64,000 nucleotides of DNA from Deltaproteobacteria bacterium (GTDB lineage: Bacteria; Myxococcota; Kuafuiibacteriia; Kuafuiibacteriales; Kuafuiibacteriaceae). Location of the stretch: the NCBI GenBank assembly GCA_040218735.1, contig JAVJQW010000049.1, positions 32,001 to 96,000 on the forward strand. The letters are read 5' to 3'. The notes under the pieces were generated by a model. That model was not told the DNA's origin. It was given only the letters and a program-made list of their open reading frames with translations, and did no database searches. This document shows positions 41,680-52,079 of this stretch, piece by piece. The stretch's first letter is position 1. Each line of letters begins with the position of its first letter. Both the position numbers and the translations under genes were made by a program.

Positions 41680-42312
41680 TCAGATCGCCGCGGCGGCGCG
41701 GGTCCGACTGTCCAGCACCTGCACGATCGTCTCGGGGCTCTGCGCACCGGGGATCGGGTAGCGGCCATCGACCACGTAGAACGGGACGCCGGTGATCGTC
41801 TCGGCGCGGGCGGTTTCGGCTTCGGCGCGGATGCGGTCGCGGTCGTCGCCGCTCTCGAGGCGAGTGAGGACCTGCGCTTCGTCGAGGCCGTGCTCGCCGG
41901 CGATGCGCGCGAGCACGTCGAACGCACCGACGTCCTCACCGCGCTCGAAGTAGGCGGAGAGGAGGGCGGTCGCGACCTCGTCCTGGCGGTCGACCTGCTC
42001 GGCCCAGTCGATCACGCAGTGCGCGGCGGTCGTGTCCGGGACGCGCGTGATGCGGTCGTAGTCGACGTCGAGGCCCACCGCGCGCGCGGCGTCTTCGACA
42101 CGACGGAACATGCGGCCCGACGCGCGGCCGAACTTCATGGTCATCAGCTCGTCCTTCGCCATCCCGCCGGGGCTCAGGTACGGATGCAGGAGGAACGGCC
42201 GCCAGCGAATGCTCGTGACCAGGCCCGGGCGCTGCTCGAGCGCGAGCTCCAGGTGACGGCGGCCGATGAGGCACCAGGGGCACACGACGTCGGAGACGAT
42301 GTCGATCTGCAC
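41680..42312 (-). CDS. DsbA-family (FrnE-like) oxidoreductase
   Basis: IDIVSDVVCPWCLIG, ITGVPFY and GAQSPE. Confidence 0.92.
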   Translation of the reverse strand: MQIDIVSDVVCPWCLIGRRHLELALEQRPGLVTSIRWRPFLLHPYLSPGGMAKDELMTMKFGRASGRMFRRVEDAARAVGLDVDYDRITRVPDTTAAHCVIDWAEQVDRQDEVATALLSAYFERGEDVGAFDVLARIAGEHGLDEAQVLTRLESGDDRDRIRAEAETARAETITGVPFYVVDGRYPIPGAQSPETIVQVLDSRTRAAAAI

Positions 42313-42406
42313 GGGCGAAGCGTGGCACGCGCGATCCGGCTTCGGTAGCCGGGTGATCCCAGCACCGACCTTGCGCGCGGTGCGCGCACACGATCGACCG
42401 TGCAAG

Positions 42407-43348
42407 TCAGGCGAGCTTAGAAAAATACGCGATGGTCTTTTCGAGCCCGACCTCGAGCGGCACCTTCGGCGCCCAGTCGAGGATCGTCTTCGCCTTGGTG
42501 ATGTCCGGGCAGCGGCGCACCGGATCGTCCTGCGGCAGCGGCTTTTCGATCAGCGTGCTCTTCGACCCCGTGAGGCGGATGACCGTCTCGGCGAGCTCGC
42601 GGATCGTCGTCTCCACCGGGTTGCCGAGGTTGATGGGACCGGTGACCTCGTCGGGCGCGGCCATCAGGCGCAAGAAACCTTCGATCAGATCGTCCACGTA
42701 GCAAAACGCGCGCGTCTGCGAGCCGTCGCCGTAGATCGTGATCGGCTCGCCGCGCAGCGCCTGCATGATGAAGTTCGACACGACGCGCCCGTCGTTCGGG
42801 TGCATCCGCGGACCGTAGGTGTTGAAGATGCGCGCGACGCGAATCGGGATGCCGTGCTGGCGGTGATAGTCGAAGAAGAGCGTCTCCGCGCAGCGTTTGC
42901 CTTCGTCGTAGCAGGCGCGCGGACCGATGGGGTTGATGCTCCCGCGGTACTCCTCGGGCTGCGGGTGCACTTCGGGGTCGCCGTACACCTCGGAGGTCGA
43001 CGCCTGGAACACCTTCGCGCGGAGGCGCTTCGCGAGGCCGAGCACGTTGATCGCGCCGTGCACGCTGGTCTTCGTGGTCTGCACCGGGTCGTGCTGGTAG
43101 TGCACCGGCGAGGCGGGGCAGGCGAGGTTGTAGATCTCGTCGACCTCCACGTAGAGCGGGAACGTCACGTCGTGGCGCATCAGCTCGAAGAGCGGCTCGT
43201 TCAAGAGCCCGAGCAGGTTCGCCTTGCGTCCGGTGAAGTAGTTGTCGACGCACAGGACGTCGTGGCCCTCGGCGATGAGGCGTTCACAGAGGTGGGAGCC
43301 GAGGAAGCCCGCGCCGCCGGTGACCAGGATGCGTTTCGAGGTCAGCAC
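42407..43348 (-). CDS. uxs: UDP-glucuronate decarboxylase (UDP-xylose synthase)
   Basis: [43 protein letters not shown] and DGRVVSNFI. Confidence 0.95.
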   Translation of the reverse strand: MLTSKRILVTGGAGFLGSHLCERLIAEGHDVLCVDNYFTGRKANLLGLLNEPLFELMRHDVTFPLYVEVDEIYNLACPASPVHYQHDPVQTTKTSVHGAINVLGLAKRLRAKVFQASTSEVYGDPEVHPQPEEYRGSINPIGPRACYDEGKRCAETLFFDYHRQHGIPIRVARIFNTYGPRMHPNDGRVVSNFIMQALRGEPITIYGDGSQTRAFCYVDDLIEGFLRLMAAPDEVTGPINLGNPVETTIRELAETVIRLTGSKSTLIEKPLPQDDPVRRCPDITKAKTILDWAPKVPLEVGLEKTIAYFSKLA

Positions 43349-43376
43349 CAAGCAAGGGCGTAACACCGCGCCGGGT

Positions 43377-44339
43377 TCAGCGCGAGTGCCCGCGGGTGAA
43401 CAGCCACCACGCGCCGGCGATGAAACCGCCCACGATCAGGATGCTCTGCCAGACGAGCGACTCCGCCACCGCGAGCGAGGCGGAGGCGAACGGCTTCACC
43501 AGCGCGCCGAACGCCGCCTCCCGCACGCCGAGGCCGCCGAGGCTCACCGGCACCATCGCCGCCACCTTCGCGAGCGGCCACAGCAGGAACCAGAGCCGAA
43601 GGTCCAGCTCCAGGCCCATCATGTTGCCGAGGTGCACGTTCACGAGCACGAACCCCGCCTGCAGCGAGAGGCACCACGCGAGGCCGAGGGCGGCGCGCGG
43701 TGCGTTCTTCGCCATCGTGCCGGCGGCGACCAGGAGGCGCTCGACGATCGCCTGGACCTTCGTCGGGAGTTTGTCGCGCGGGAACTTCGCGAGGAACAGC
43801 CACAGCACGAGCAGGCCCAGCACGCCGAGGCCGAGCACCACGAAGAACACCACGAAGCCGTCGATGGCGCCGGGGAGATCCTCCATCGCGGAGGGGGCGA
43901 CGACGAAGCCGATCCCCACGAGGAGCCCGAGCGCGGCGACGTCGCTCAGCCGGTCCACGACGCTGCCCAGCGCGATGGCCTCCTTGTCCTCGACGACCGA
44001 CATCGCGAGGCCCGCGCGCAGCACGTCGCCGCCGACGAGGGAGGGGAGGCAGAGGTTCGCGAACAGGCCGGCGCCGTAGAAACGAATCGCGCTCGGGAAC
44101 GGGAGCTTCGCGCCGGCGAGGCCGAGGAAGAAGCGCCACTTCGCAGCGGAGACGAAGTGCAGCCCGAGGAAGCCGACGAGGCCCACGAGCCACGGGCCGA
44201 GGCGCACCTTGTCGAAGGCTTCGAGGATCGCGTCCGGGCCGATGATGGCGAAGACGACGCCGAGGACGGCGAGGCTCGCGCCGAGTTTGACGGCCGCCTT
44301 GAGCGGTTTGACGCGCGGGCGCGCGGCTACCTCGGCCAT
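43377..44339 (-). CDS. Lysylphosphatidylglycerol-synthase TM-domain / flippase-like protein
   Basis: [26 protein letters not shown] and [11 protein letters not shown]. Confidence 0.88.
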   Translation of the reverse strand: MAEVAARPRVKPLKAAVKLGASLAVLGVVFAIIGPDAILEAFDKVRLGPWLVGLVGFLGLHFVSAAKWRFFLGLAGAKLPFPSAIRFYGAGLFANLCLPSLVGGDVLRAGLAMSVVEDKEAIALGSVVDRLSDVAALGLLVGIGFVVAPSAMEDLPGAIDGFVVFFVVLGLGVLGLLVLWLFLAKFPRDKLPTKVQAIVERLLVAAGTMAKNAPRAALGLAWCLSLQAGFVLVNVHLGNMMGLELDLRLWFLLWPLAKVAAMVPVSLGGLGVREAAFGALVKPFASASLAVAESLVWQSILIVGGFIAGAWWLFTRGHSR

Positions 44340-45325
44340 GACTCGCGGTCGAGGCCGAGCTTCGAGTTCTGGTCGGCGAGGAGGCCGAGGCCCCAGATCA
44401 ACATCGCGCCGATGATGCACATGACGGCCGACTCGGAGAGGTTCTCCTTCGTGACGTCGTAGCCGAACTTGCCGAGGCCCACGAGGAAGGTGACGAGGCC
44501 GAGCGGCAGGAACACCTTCAGCGGGTTGAAGAGCACCGTGACGCGGAGGATCAACATCATGAAGTGGTACGCGTGCGTCCACTTGATCTTCGAGGAGCCG
44601 ATTCGCTTCAGGTAGTTGATCGGGACGTAGCCGATCGCCAGCTCGTTACACATGCACGACAGCGTGATGGTCGTCGTGAACGAGAAGCCGGAGGGGAGGA
44701 TGTGCGCGAAGCGGCGCACGTGCTCACGGCGGATCACGCGCAAGCCGGAGTTGAGATCCGGGATCATCTGCCCCGCGAGGTAACTCGCGAACATCCGCAG
44801 GAACCACTTCGCCGGCCGCCGGATGAGCGGGATGTGCACGCTCTCGCCGGTCCGGGCCCCGACGACCATGTCGTAGTCGTTGGCCTGCTCGAGGAGCCGC
44901 GGGATCTCCGTCGCGGGGTAGGTGCCGTCGGCGTCGGTGATGATCACGAGCTCGGAGCGCGCTTCGCGGAAGCCACGCTTGAGCGACGCGCCGTACCCCA
45001 TGTTCCGCGGCTGGCGCACGACCGTGCACGGCTTGGTCTCCGCGATCTCCGCGGTGCGGTCGGCGGAGCCGTCGTCCACGATGATGATCTCGTAGGTGAG
45101 ATCCAACGTCTTCATCACGTCGTGGAGACGATCGATCTCCTCCGCGATCGCCCCCTCCTCGTTGTAGGCGGGGATCACGACCGTGATGTCGTAGCGCTCC
45201 GCGCGCGCGGGCCGCTCGTGGTTCTCGGGGGACGGATCCGCCGGATCCGCCGCGCCGTCCGAGGCCTCGCTCGTCGCTTCTCGTACCTCCAAAGCCGCGG
45301 CATCATGCAACGAAGCCGCAGTCAT
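44327..45325 (-). CDS. Glycosyltransferase family 2 (polyprenol-phosphate glycosyltransferase-like)
   Basis: VIPAYNEE, VDDGSAD, ITDADGTY, PDLNSGLR, RIGSSK; two C-terminal TMs. Confidence 0.92.
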   Translation of the reverse strand: MTAASLHDAAALEVREATSEASDGAADPADPSPENHERPARAERYDITVVIPAYNEEGAIAEEIDRLHDVMKTLDLTYEIIIVDDGSADRTAEIAETKPCTVVRQPRNMGYGASLKRGFREARSELVIITDADGTYPATEIPRLLEQANDYDMVVGARTGESVHIPLIRRPAKWFLRMFASYLAGQMIPDLNSGLRVIRREHVRRFAHILPSGFSFTTTITLSCMCNELAIGYVPINYLKRIGSSKIKWTHAYHFMMLILRVTVLFNPLKVFLPLGLVTFLVGLGKFGYDVTKENLSESAVMCIIGAMLIWGLGLLADQNSKLGLDRESWPR

Positions 45326-45407
45326 CGCAAAGGTTGAACGATTCTCCCCGGTTCACACTTTACGGATGCGGGCGACGCGTATTTCGTCGTACGTCCACTG
45401 AAGGTCC

Positions 45408-46490
45408 ATGCGGTACCTCAGCCCTGCGTTCGCGCTCCTCATGCTCGCGGCCTGCGGCGAGCCCCAGGTCGAGGTCGACACCCTCGACGCCCCGGGCCCC
45501 TACGCCGTCGGCGTGCGCACGCTCGAAGTCGAGTACCGGCCGCCGCTCACCCTCGAGACCCGGACGCTCCAGACCGTCGTCTGGTACCCGGCGGAGGCCG
45601 CCGAAGGTGAGCGCCCGTTCTACGTGCTGCGCTCCTCGGAGGTGGCGACGATCGACGCACCGCCGCTCACGCTCGGGCCGCGCCCCGTCGTCGTCTTCTC
45701 CCACGGCCACCAGGCCTACGCGGCCGCGATGAGCCGCATCACGGAGCACCTCGCGTCGCATGGGCACGTGGTCATCGCGCCGACCCACAGCGGCAACACA
45801 TTCCTCGACGGCGACAACCGCGAGACGGACATCTACTACCTGCGCACCTACGACCTGAAGGCGGCGCTCGACCACGTCGCGGGCCTCGGCGACGGGCTGT
45901 CCGCGCTGGTCTCCGAGACGCGCGTCGTCGCGGGGCACAGCTTCGGCGCGTACACCGCGTTCGCGGTCGCGGGCGCCGAGTATCCGGTCGACGATCTCGA
46001 CGACGGCTGCGCAGCGGGCACCGTCTCCTCGGGGTACTGCTCCACGCTCGACGACGAAAAACGCGAGCTGTTCGCGGCCGGATTCGAAGACGATCGGTTC
46101 TCGGCGGTGCTCTCCTACGACCCAGGTGACTTCGGTCTGTTCGGGGAGGCGGGGGTCGCGAAGGTCGACGTCCCGACGCTGCATGTCGTCGCCGAGATCA
46201 GCGGGCATCCGGTCGGCGATCCGGCCGCGGACGACTACTGGCGCTCGTTGAATCACCCGGACGACTTCCGCTTCCTGCTGAAGGGCGGCGACCACAACGA
46301 CTTCACCGACGCGTGTGAAGCCGGCCTCGACGTCCGGTGCAGCACGCTCATCCCGGAGCGCGTGTGGAGCGCGACGCGGATCTACACCCTCGCGTTCCTC
46401 GACGGCGTCGTGCTCGGCGAGCCCGGCTACGAGGACATCCTCAGCGGCGCGGCCGAGGTGTCGTCGCTGGCGGAGGTCACGGACCGGTGA
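45408..46490 (+). CDS. Alpha/beta-hydrolase lipoprotein (PAF-AH/dienelactone-hydrolase-like)
   Basis: LAAC lipobox; PGPYAVG, VWYP, FSHG, GHSFG and GGDHNDF. Confidence 0.88.
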   Translation: MRYLSPAFALLMLAACGEPQVEVDTLDAPGPYAVGVRTLEVEYRPPLTLETRTLQTVVWYPAEAAEGERPFYVLRSSEVATIDAPPLTLGPRPVVVFSHGHQAYAAAMSRITEHLASHGHVVIAPTHSGNTFLDGDNRETDIYYLRTYDLKAALDHVAGLGDGLSALVSETRVVAGHSFGAYTAFAVAGAEYPVDDLDDGCAAGTVSSGYCSTLDDEKRELFAAGFEDDRFSAVLSYDPGDFGLFGEAGVAKVDVPTLHVVAEISGHPVGDPAADDYWRSLNHPDDFRFLLKGGDHNDFTDACEAGLDVRCSTLIPERVWSATRIYTLAFLDGVVLGEPGYEDILSGAAEVSSLAEVTDR

Positions 46491-48058
46491 AGGTGTCGAT
46501 CGGCCGGCGCGAGTTCCTCGGCTGGGCGGCGGCGACCGTCGCGGCGGGCTGCGCGGAGGGCCACGACTGCGAGCCGGACGGGGATCCGATCTTCGAGGAC
46601 GTCGCGTCCGCGCGCGCCGAGACACGCGTCGCGGCGGCGCCGTTCACGTTGGGCGTCGCGTCGGGCGACCCGCTGCACGACCGCGTGATCCTCTGGACGC
46701 GCCTCGCACCCGAGCCGCTCGAAGCGGGCGGCGGGATGATCGCGGAGGACGTCCCGGTCGGTTGGCAGGTCGCGCGCGACGAGGCGTTCACGGACATCGT
46801 CAGCCAGGGCGTCGCGACGGCGCGCGCCGAGGACGCCCACGCGGTGCACATCGACGCCGTCGGGCTCGACGCGGACAGCTGGTACTACTACCGGTTCTTC
46901 GTCGGCGAACACAAAAGCGCCGTCGGTCGCACGCGCACGTTCCCCTGCGCGGACGCGGAGCCGGCCTCGACGCGCTTCGCGTTTGCGTCGTGCCAGAAGT
47001 ACCGCGACGGCTACTACACGGCGCACCGCCACCTCGCGGAGGAGGACCTCGACTTCGTCTTGTTCCTCGGCGACTACATCTACGAGAGCGGGGGCGACTC
47101 GGTCCGCGAGGAGAACTTCGAGACTGAGGAAGCCGAAGACCTGGACGGCTACCGCCACCGCTACGCGATCTACAAACGCGACCAGGACCTGCAGGCCGCG
47201 CACGCCGCCTTCCCGTGGATCGCGGTGTGGGACGACCACGAGGTCGACAACGACTACGCCGGCGTCCTCGCGGTGGGGGACGAGGCGCCGACGGCCGAGT
47301 TCGCGGCGCGCCGCGCGGCCGCGTATCGCGCGTACTGGGAGCACATGCCGATCCGCGCCGCGGCGCCGGTGGCGGATTCGCTGCGGCTGTACCGGAGCTT
47401 TGCGTTCGGCGATCTGTTCGAGCTGTTCGTCGTCGACTCTCGTCAGCACCGCGACGACCAAGTGTGCAGCGACGACGACTTCGGGCCGGTGTGCGACGCG
47501 CGCGACGATCCGTCCCGCACGATGCTCGGGTTCGAGCAGGAGCGTTGGCTCTTCGACGGGCTCGCCTCGTCGACGCGGCGTTGGAAGTTGATCGGCAACC
47601 AGGTCGCGCTCGCGACGCTCGACTTCGACGGCACCGTCGCGAACTTCGACATCTGGGACGGCTACACCGCCGCCCGGCAGCGCCTCCTCGACGTGCTGCG
47701 CGACGTGAACAACGCCGTGGTGCTCACCGGCGACCTGCACGTCGCGGGCGTCGCGGACCTCACTGCGTTCGGGAACCTGCCCGGGGGCTCACGAGTGATC
47801 GCGGCGGAGCTGGTCGGCACGTCGATCACCTCGGGCGGCGACGAACCGGCGTCACCGATCGCGGAGCTCGTCACGAGCGAGCCGCACATCCACTACGTGA
47901 ACGCGTCGGTGCGCGGGTACATGCGGTGCACGCTGGATCGTGCGGGGCTGCGGACGGACCTGCGGGTGGTGAGCACGGTCGAGGCGCCGGAGGCGGACGT
48001 TCGCACCGAGGCTTCGTTCGTCGTCGACGACGGCATCCCCGGCGTCCGGCTGGCGTAG
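46487..48058 (+). CDS. phoD: Alkaline phosphatase D family protein (Tat-exported)
   Basis: RREFL Tat motif; GVASGDP, FASCQ, LGDYIYE, WDDHEVDND and TGDLH. Confidence 0.95.
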   Translation: MKVSIGRREFLGWAAATVAAGCAEGHDCEPDGDPIFEDVASARAETRVAAAPFTLGVASGDPLHDRVILWTRLAPEPLEAGGGMIAEDVPVGWQVARDEAFTDIVSQGVATARAEDAHAVHIDAVGLDADSWYYYRFFVGEHKSAVGRTRTFPCADAEPASTRFAFASCQKYRDGYYTAHRHLAEEDLDFVLFLGDYIYESGGDSVREENFETEEAEDLDGYRHRYAIYKRDQDLQAAHAAFPWIAVWDDHEVDNDYAGVLAVGDEAPTAEFAARRAAAYRAYWEHMPIRAAAPVADSLRLYRSFAFGDLFELFVVDSRQHRDDQVCSDDDFGPVCDARDDPSRTMLGFEQERWLFDGLASSTRRWKLIGNQVALATLDFDGTVANFDIWDGYTAARQRLLDVLRDVNNAVVLTGDLHVAGVADLTAFGNLPGGSRVIAAELVGTSITSGGDEPASPIAELVTSEPHIHYVNASVRGYMRCTLDRAGLRTDLRVVSTVEAPEADVRTEASFVVDDGIPGVRLA

Positions 48059-48060
48059 CG

Positions 48061-48495
48061 TCAGTGGCAGCCTTCGAAGATCACGTCGCCTGAGACCACC
48101 ACGCGCTGCATCGCGTTGTTCTCGTCGATGTACGAATGATCGCAGTCGATCTTTGCGTCGCCGTCGAGCGCGACGACGTCGTTGATGCGGGTGTTGGAGT
48201 CGAGGATGGTCCCGGTTGCACACGCGCCGAGGCGCGGCCCCATCTGGCGGCCGGCGGGGAAGAACGAGACCTCGGTGATCTCGGTGCCGAGGCTGTCTCG
48301 GTAGAGGCGGACGAGGCGGTCGTCGGTGGTCACGAGGTCGACGCCGTCGAAGCCCTTCGGCTCGAGCGACTCACAGCGGTCGAGCTCGGCCGTCGTGCCG
48401 TCGATGGTGAGGGTGCCTTCGACGGACGATCCGCAGGCGGTCGCGAGTGCGATGAACGAGAGGAAGGCGGGTGCGGTCCACTTCATGGACCTCAT
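48061..48495 (-). CDS. Hypothetical lipoprotein
   Basis: ATAC lipobox; four further Cys residues. Confidence 0.65.
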   Translation of the reverse strand: MRSMKWTAPAFLSFIALATACGSSVEGTLTIDGTTAELDRCESLEPKGFDGVDLVTTDDRLVRLYRDSLGTEITEVSFFPAGRQMGPRLGACATGTILDSNTRINDVVALDGDAKIDCDHSYIDENNAMQRVVVSGDVIFEGCH

Positions 48496-48550
48496 CGTCG
48501 GGCAACGAAGCGTCGGTCGCGAACGCGTGCGAGCGGGCACGCGACGGCGC

Positions 48551-49405
48551 TCACGACTCCAGGCGTTTGGCCTTCGCGGCTTCGAGCGTGGACTCCTCGA
48601 TCTTGAACAACCGCGCCGCCGTCCGCCACGCGATGTTCTCGAGCTGCTCCTGTACGAACTCGAGCTCGTGCATGAACTTGAGATAGGGCTTCATCGCGAC
48701 GAGCGGCCAGTCGCTGCCGTACATGAGCTGTTTTCCGGGGTCGCCCATGTACGTGATCATCTCTTTGAGCCGCATCGCGACGTAGCGTTCGAACGCGTAG
48801 TCGAATTCACCGAGCGTGAGCCCCGAGATGTCGGCGAACACGTTGTCGTTCTTGTAGAGGACCTCGGCGGCGTCCTGGAACCACGGGTTGCCGAGGTGGC
48901 ACATCACGAACTTCACGTCGGGGTAGTCGACCGCGACGTCGTCGACCAGGAGGGGGTGCGCCATGCGGACCTTCGCGGTCTTCGCGTAGGTGTCGCCGGT
49001 GTGGATCATGACCGGCACGTCGTACTTGGCGGCGATGCGGAAGACACTCTCCAGCGACGGGTCGTTGATCGGGTAGTGGTCGTAGCCGGGGTAGAGCTTG
49101 ATGCCGCGGACGATGCCGTCGCGGATGCGCTCCTCCATCGAGAAGAGGTCGGTGCGTTCGTCACCGCGCCACCTGAGCCCCTCGACGACGGTGCTGCGCG
49201 GGTCCTCATGGAGGTGGTCGACGAGGTCCTCGACGGCGGGACGATCCACGTCGACGCGGTAGGAGGTGATCACGACGACGTGGTCGACGCCGGTGTCCCT
49301 CATCTTTTCGTAGAGGTCCGCGACGTTCTCCTGCGTCGGGCGGCGGGTCGACTCGTGGTAATTGTTGAGGTGCACGTGCGAGTCGATCAGGAAACGCGAG
49401 CTCAT
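48551..49405 (-). CDS. Amidohydrolase family (amidohydro_2) protein
   Basis: IDSHVH, GIKLYP, MIHTG, CHLG, DISG and YGSDWP. Confidence 0.92.
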   Translation of the reverse strand: MSSRFLIDSHVHLNNYHESTRRPTQENVADLYEKMRDTGVDHVVVITSYRVDVDRPAVEDLVDHLHEDPRSTVVEGLRWRGDERTDLFSMEERIRDGIVRGIKLYPGYDHYPINDPSLESVFRIAAKYDVPVMIHTGDTYAKTAKVRMAHPLLVDDVAVDYPDVKFVMCHLGNPWFQDAAEVLYKNDNVFADISGLTLGEFDYAFERYVAMRLKEMITYMGDPGKQLMYGSDWPLVAMKPYLKFMHELEFVQEQLENIAWRTAARLFKIEESTLEAAKAKRLES

Positions 49406-49428
49406 GCGGGGAGCCTACCGGACGCACG

Positions 49429-50422
49429 GTGGCCGCTCCACGTCGTGACGGGTTTCCTCGGGAGCGGGAAGACCACGCTGATCGCGCACCTCCTCGAATC
49501 CCCCGCGGCGTCGGGCACCGCGGTGATCGTGAACGAGGTCGGCGACGTGTCGATCGACGACCGCCTCGTGGCGCACGTGACCGAGGACGTGCAGGTGCTC
49601 GCGTCGGGCTGTCTGTGCTGCACGCTCCGCGACGATCTCGCGGGGGCGATCGAGCAGCTGCACACCGCGTCCGTAGAGGCGGGGCGGGCGATAAGCCGTG
49701 TGGTCTTGGAGACGAGCGGGATCGCGGACCCCGCGCCCATCGTGCACTCCGCCGCGCGGGATCCGCGGCTCGCCGCGCGGCTGCGCGTCGCGGGGGTCGT
49801 CGCGGTCGTCGATGCCTCGCGCGCGTTGACGTTGCTCGACACGCAGCCGGAGGTCGCGCGTCAGATCGACATCGCGGACCACGTCGTCCTCACGAAGGAG
49901 GACGTCGCGCCCGAGGGGGCCGTCGAAGCGATCGAGGCGCTGCTCACCGAACGTTACCCGGGGCGGGGGATCGAGCGGGGCCCCGCGGCGCTGCTCGTCG
50001 GTGCGCCGACGTTGACCAGCCGCGCCGAGGCGGCCGGCTGGCTCGCGCCGCTGCACGACGGCGACGCGGCCGTGGACCGACGGACGATCGATCTGCCGAG
50101 CCCGGTGTGCCTCGACGCGCTCGCGCTGTGGCACCGCATGGTGACGAGCCTCGACGGCCTTTCGCTGCTCCGCATCAAGGGGATCGTAGAGGCCGACGGC
50201 GCGCGCTGGGTGATGCAGTCGGCGCAGCACGCGGTGTTCGAGCCGCGTCCGCTGGCGGGGGCGCCCGAAGCGTGGTCGGGCTCGCGCCTCGTGGTGTTGA
50301 GCCGCGGGATGCCGAAGCCCGCGCTCGATCGGCTCGAGGAGGCCGCCGTCCTCGCCGCGCGCGGTACAAGGCGTCGACCCGTTCGGCAATCGGCTGGAAT
50401 TACTGGCTCCAGACCTCGGTGA
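49429..50422 (+). CDS. CobW/COG0523 metallochaperone GTPase (start anomalous)
   Basis: TGFLGSGKTT, NEVG, GCLCC, ETSGIADP, TKED and LRIKG. Confidence 0.88.
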
Positions 50423-50477
50423 CACTTCGGGCGAATGACCGACCGACCGATGGCCGCACCGATCCGGTGTGGTATTC

Positions 50478-52079
50478 ATGTCCCACATGGACCGTCGCCC
50501 CTGGGCCCTCGCGCTCGCCGTCCTCGCGGCGTGTTCGCAGAAGGCCGAAGACCCGCCCATCGTGCTCACCGAGCTCCCGGACGTGGCGCCGGCCGAGGCG
50601 CACCTGACGCGCCTCACGGCCACGCAGTACCGCGCCGCGATCACGGACGTGCTCGGCGAAGGCCTCGCGCTGCCGCCGCAGCTGGAGCCGGATCTGCCGT
50701 CGTCCGGGCTGCTGTCGGTCGGGGCGTCGGAGTCGACGATCTCCGCGTGGGGGGTCGAGCAGTACGAAAACGGCGCCTTCTCGATCGCCGCGCAGATCAT
50801 GGACGACGAGACGCGTCGCGCCGCGCTCGTGCCGTGCACGCCGCAGGGCACCGTCGACGCCGCGTGCACGACGGCGTTCGTGGAGCAGGTCGGCCGTCGT
50901 CTGTGGCGTCGCCCGCTCGAGACCGATGAGCGCGACGCGCTGGTCGCCGTCGCGAACGAAGCGGCGATGACCCTCGACGACTTCTACGCGGGGCTGGAGT
51001 TCGCGCTCGCGGGGCTGCTCCAGTCGCCGAACTTCCTCTTCCGCGTCGAGCTCGGCGAGAGCGGGCGCTACGACGACTGGGAGATGGCGTCGCGGCTGTC
51101 GTTCTTCCTGTGGAACACGGTGCCGGACGAGGCGCTCCTCGACGCCGCCGCCGCGGGTGCGTTGAGCACCGCCGAGGGGCTCGCCGCGCAGGCGCGCCGG
51201 ATGATCGACGACGAGCGCGCGCGCGACGGCGTGCGGCAGTTCTTCACGGACATGTACGAGCTGTACGAGCTCGACGCGCTCGCCAAGGACCCGACGCTGT
51301 TCGTTCACTTTTCGACGGACGTCGGCGGGTTCGCGCGGGAGGAGACGTTGCGGCTGGTCGAGTACATCGTCTTCGAGAAGGACGCCGACTACCGCGAGCT
51401 GATCACCACGAACGAGACGTTCGTGAACCGGCACCTCGCTTCGATCTACAGCGTCCCCGCCGCTTCGCGGGAGGGCTTCGCGAAGGTGACGCTGCCGCGC
51501 TCCTCGGGCCGGCGCGGGGTGCTCGGGCACCTGTCGTTCCTCGGCTTGCAGTCGCACCCGGCGGCGTCGTCCGCGGTGCTGCGCGGGTTGTTCGTGCGGA
51601 AGGTGCTCCTGTGCCAGGAGATTCCGCCGCCCCCCGTGGACGTGAACACGGCGCTCCCGGAGCCGACCGAGGTCGCGCCGACGCTGCGCGAGCGGAACAA
51701 GATCCACCTCGAGAACCCGAGCTGCGCGCAGTGCCACAACTTCATGGATCCGATCGGGCTGGGGTTCGAGAACTTCGACGGCCTCGGTCGGTGGCGTGAG
51801 AAGGACAACGGCGCGCTGATCGACGCGAGCGGCGACCTCGACGGCAAGCCGTTCACGGACGCGTGGGAGATGGCCGAGGTCGTGCGTGAGCACGAAAACG
51901 TCGGCATCTGCCTGACGCGTACGCTGTACCGCTACGCGACGTCCCACGTGGAGCAGGCGGACGAGGGGCAGCTGATCGTGGCGCTGTCCAAGCGGTTCGA
52001 GGAGCAGGGCTACCGGATCAAGGCGCTCCTGTTCGACATCGTGACGAGCCCCGGGTTCGCGAAGGTCGAGGTGCAGTGA
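50478..52079 (+). CDS. DUF1592/DUF1595/DUF1588/DUF1585 domain lipoprotein (c-type haem motif)
   Basis: RLTATQY, LQSPNFLFR, ASRLSFFLW..PD, RGLFVR..LLC, CAQCH..MDPIG.GFENFD. Confidence 0.92.
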   Translation: MSHMDRRPWALALAVLAACSQKAEDPPIVLTELPDVAPAEAHLTRLTATQYRAAITDVLGEGLALPPQLEPDLPSSGLLSVGASESTISAWGVEQYENGAFSIAAQIMDDETRRAALVPCTPQGTVDAACTTAFVEQVGRRLWRRPLETDERDALVAVANEAAMTLDDFYAGLEFALAGLLQSPNFLFRVELGESGRYDDWEMASRLSFFLWNTVPDEALLDAAAAGALSTAEGLAAQARRMIDDERARDGVRQFFTDMYELYELDALAKDPTLFVHFSTDVGGFAREETLRLVEYIVFEKDADYRELITTNETFVNRHLASIYSVPAASREGFAKVTLPRSSGRRGVLGHLSFLGLQSHPAASSAVLRGLFVRKVLLCQEIPPPPVDVNTALPEPTEVAPTLRERNKIHLENPSCAQCHNFMDPIGLGFENFDGLGRWREKDNGALIDASGDLDGKPFTDAWEMAEVVREHENVGICLTRTLYRYATSHVEQADEGQLIVALSKRFEEQGYRIKALLFDIVTSPGFAKVEVQ

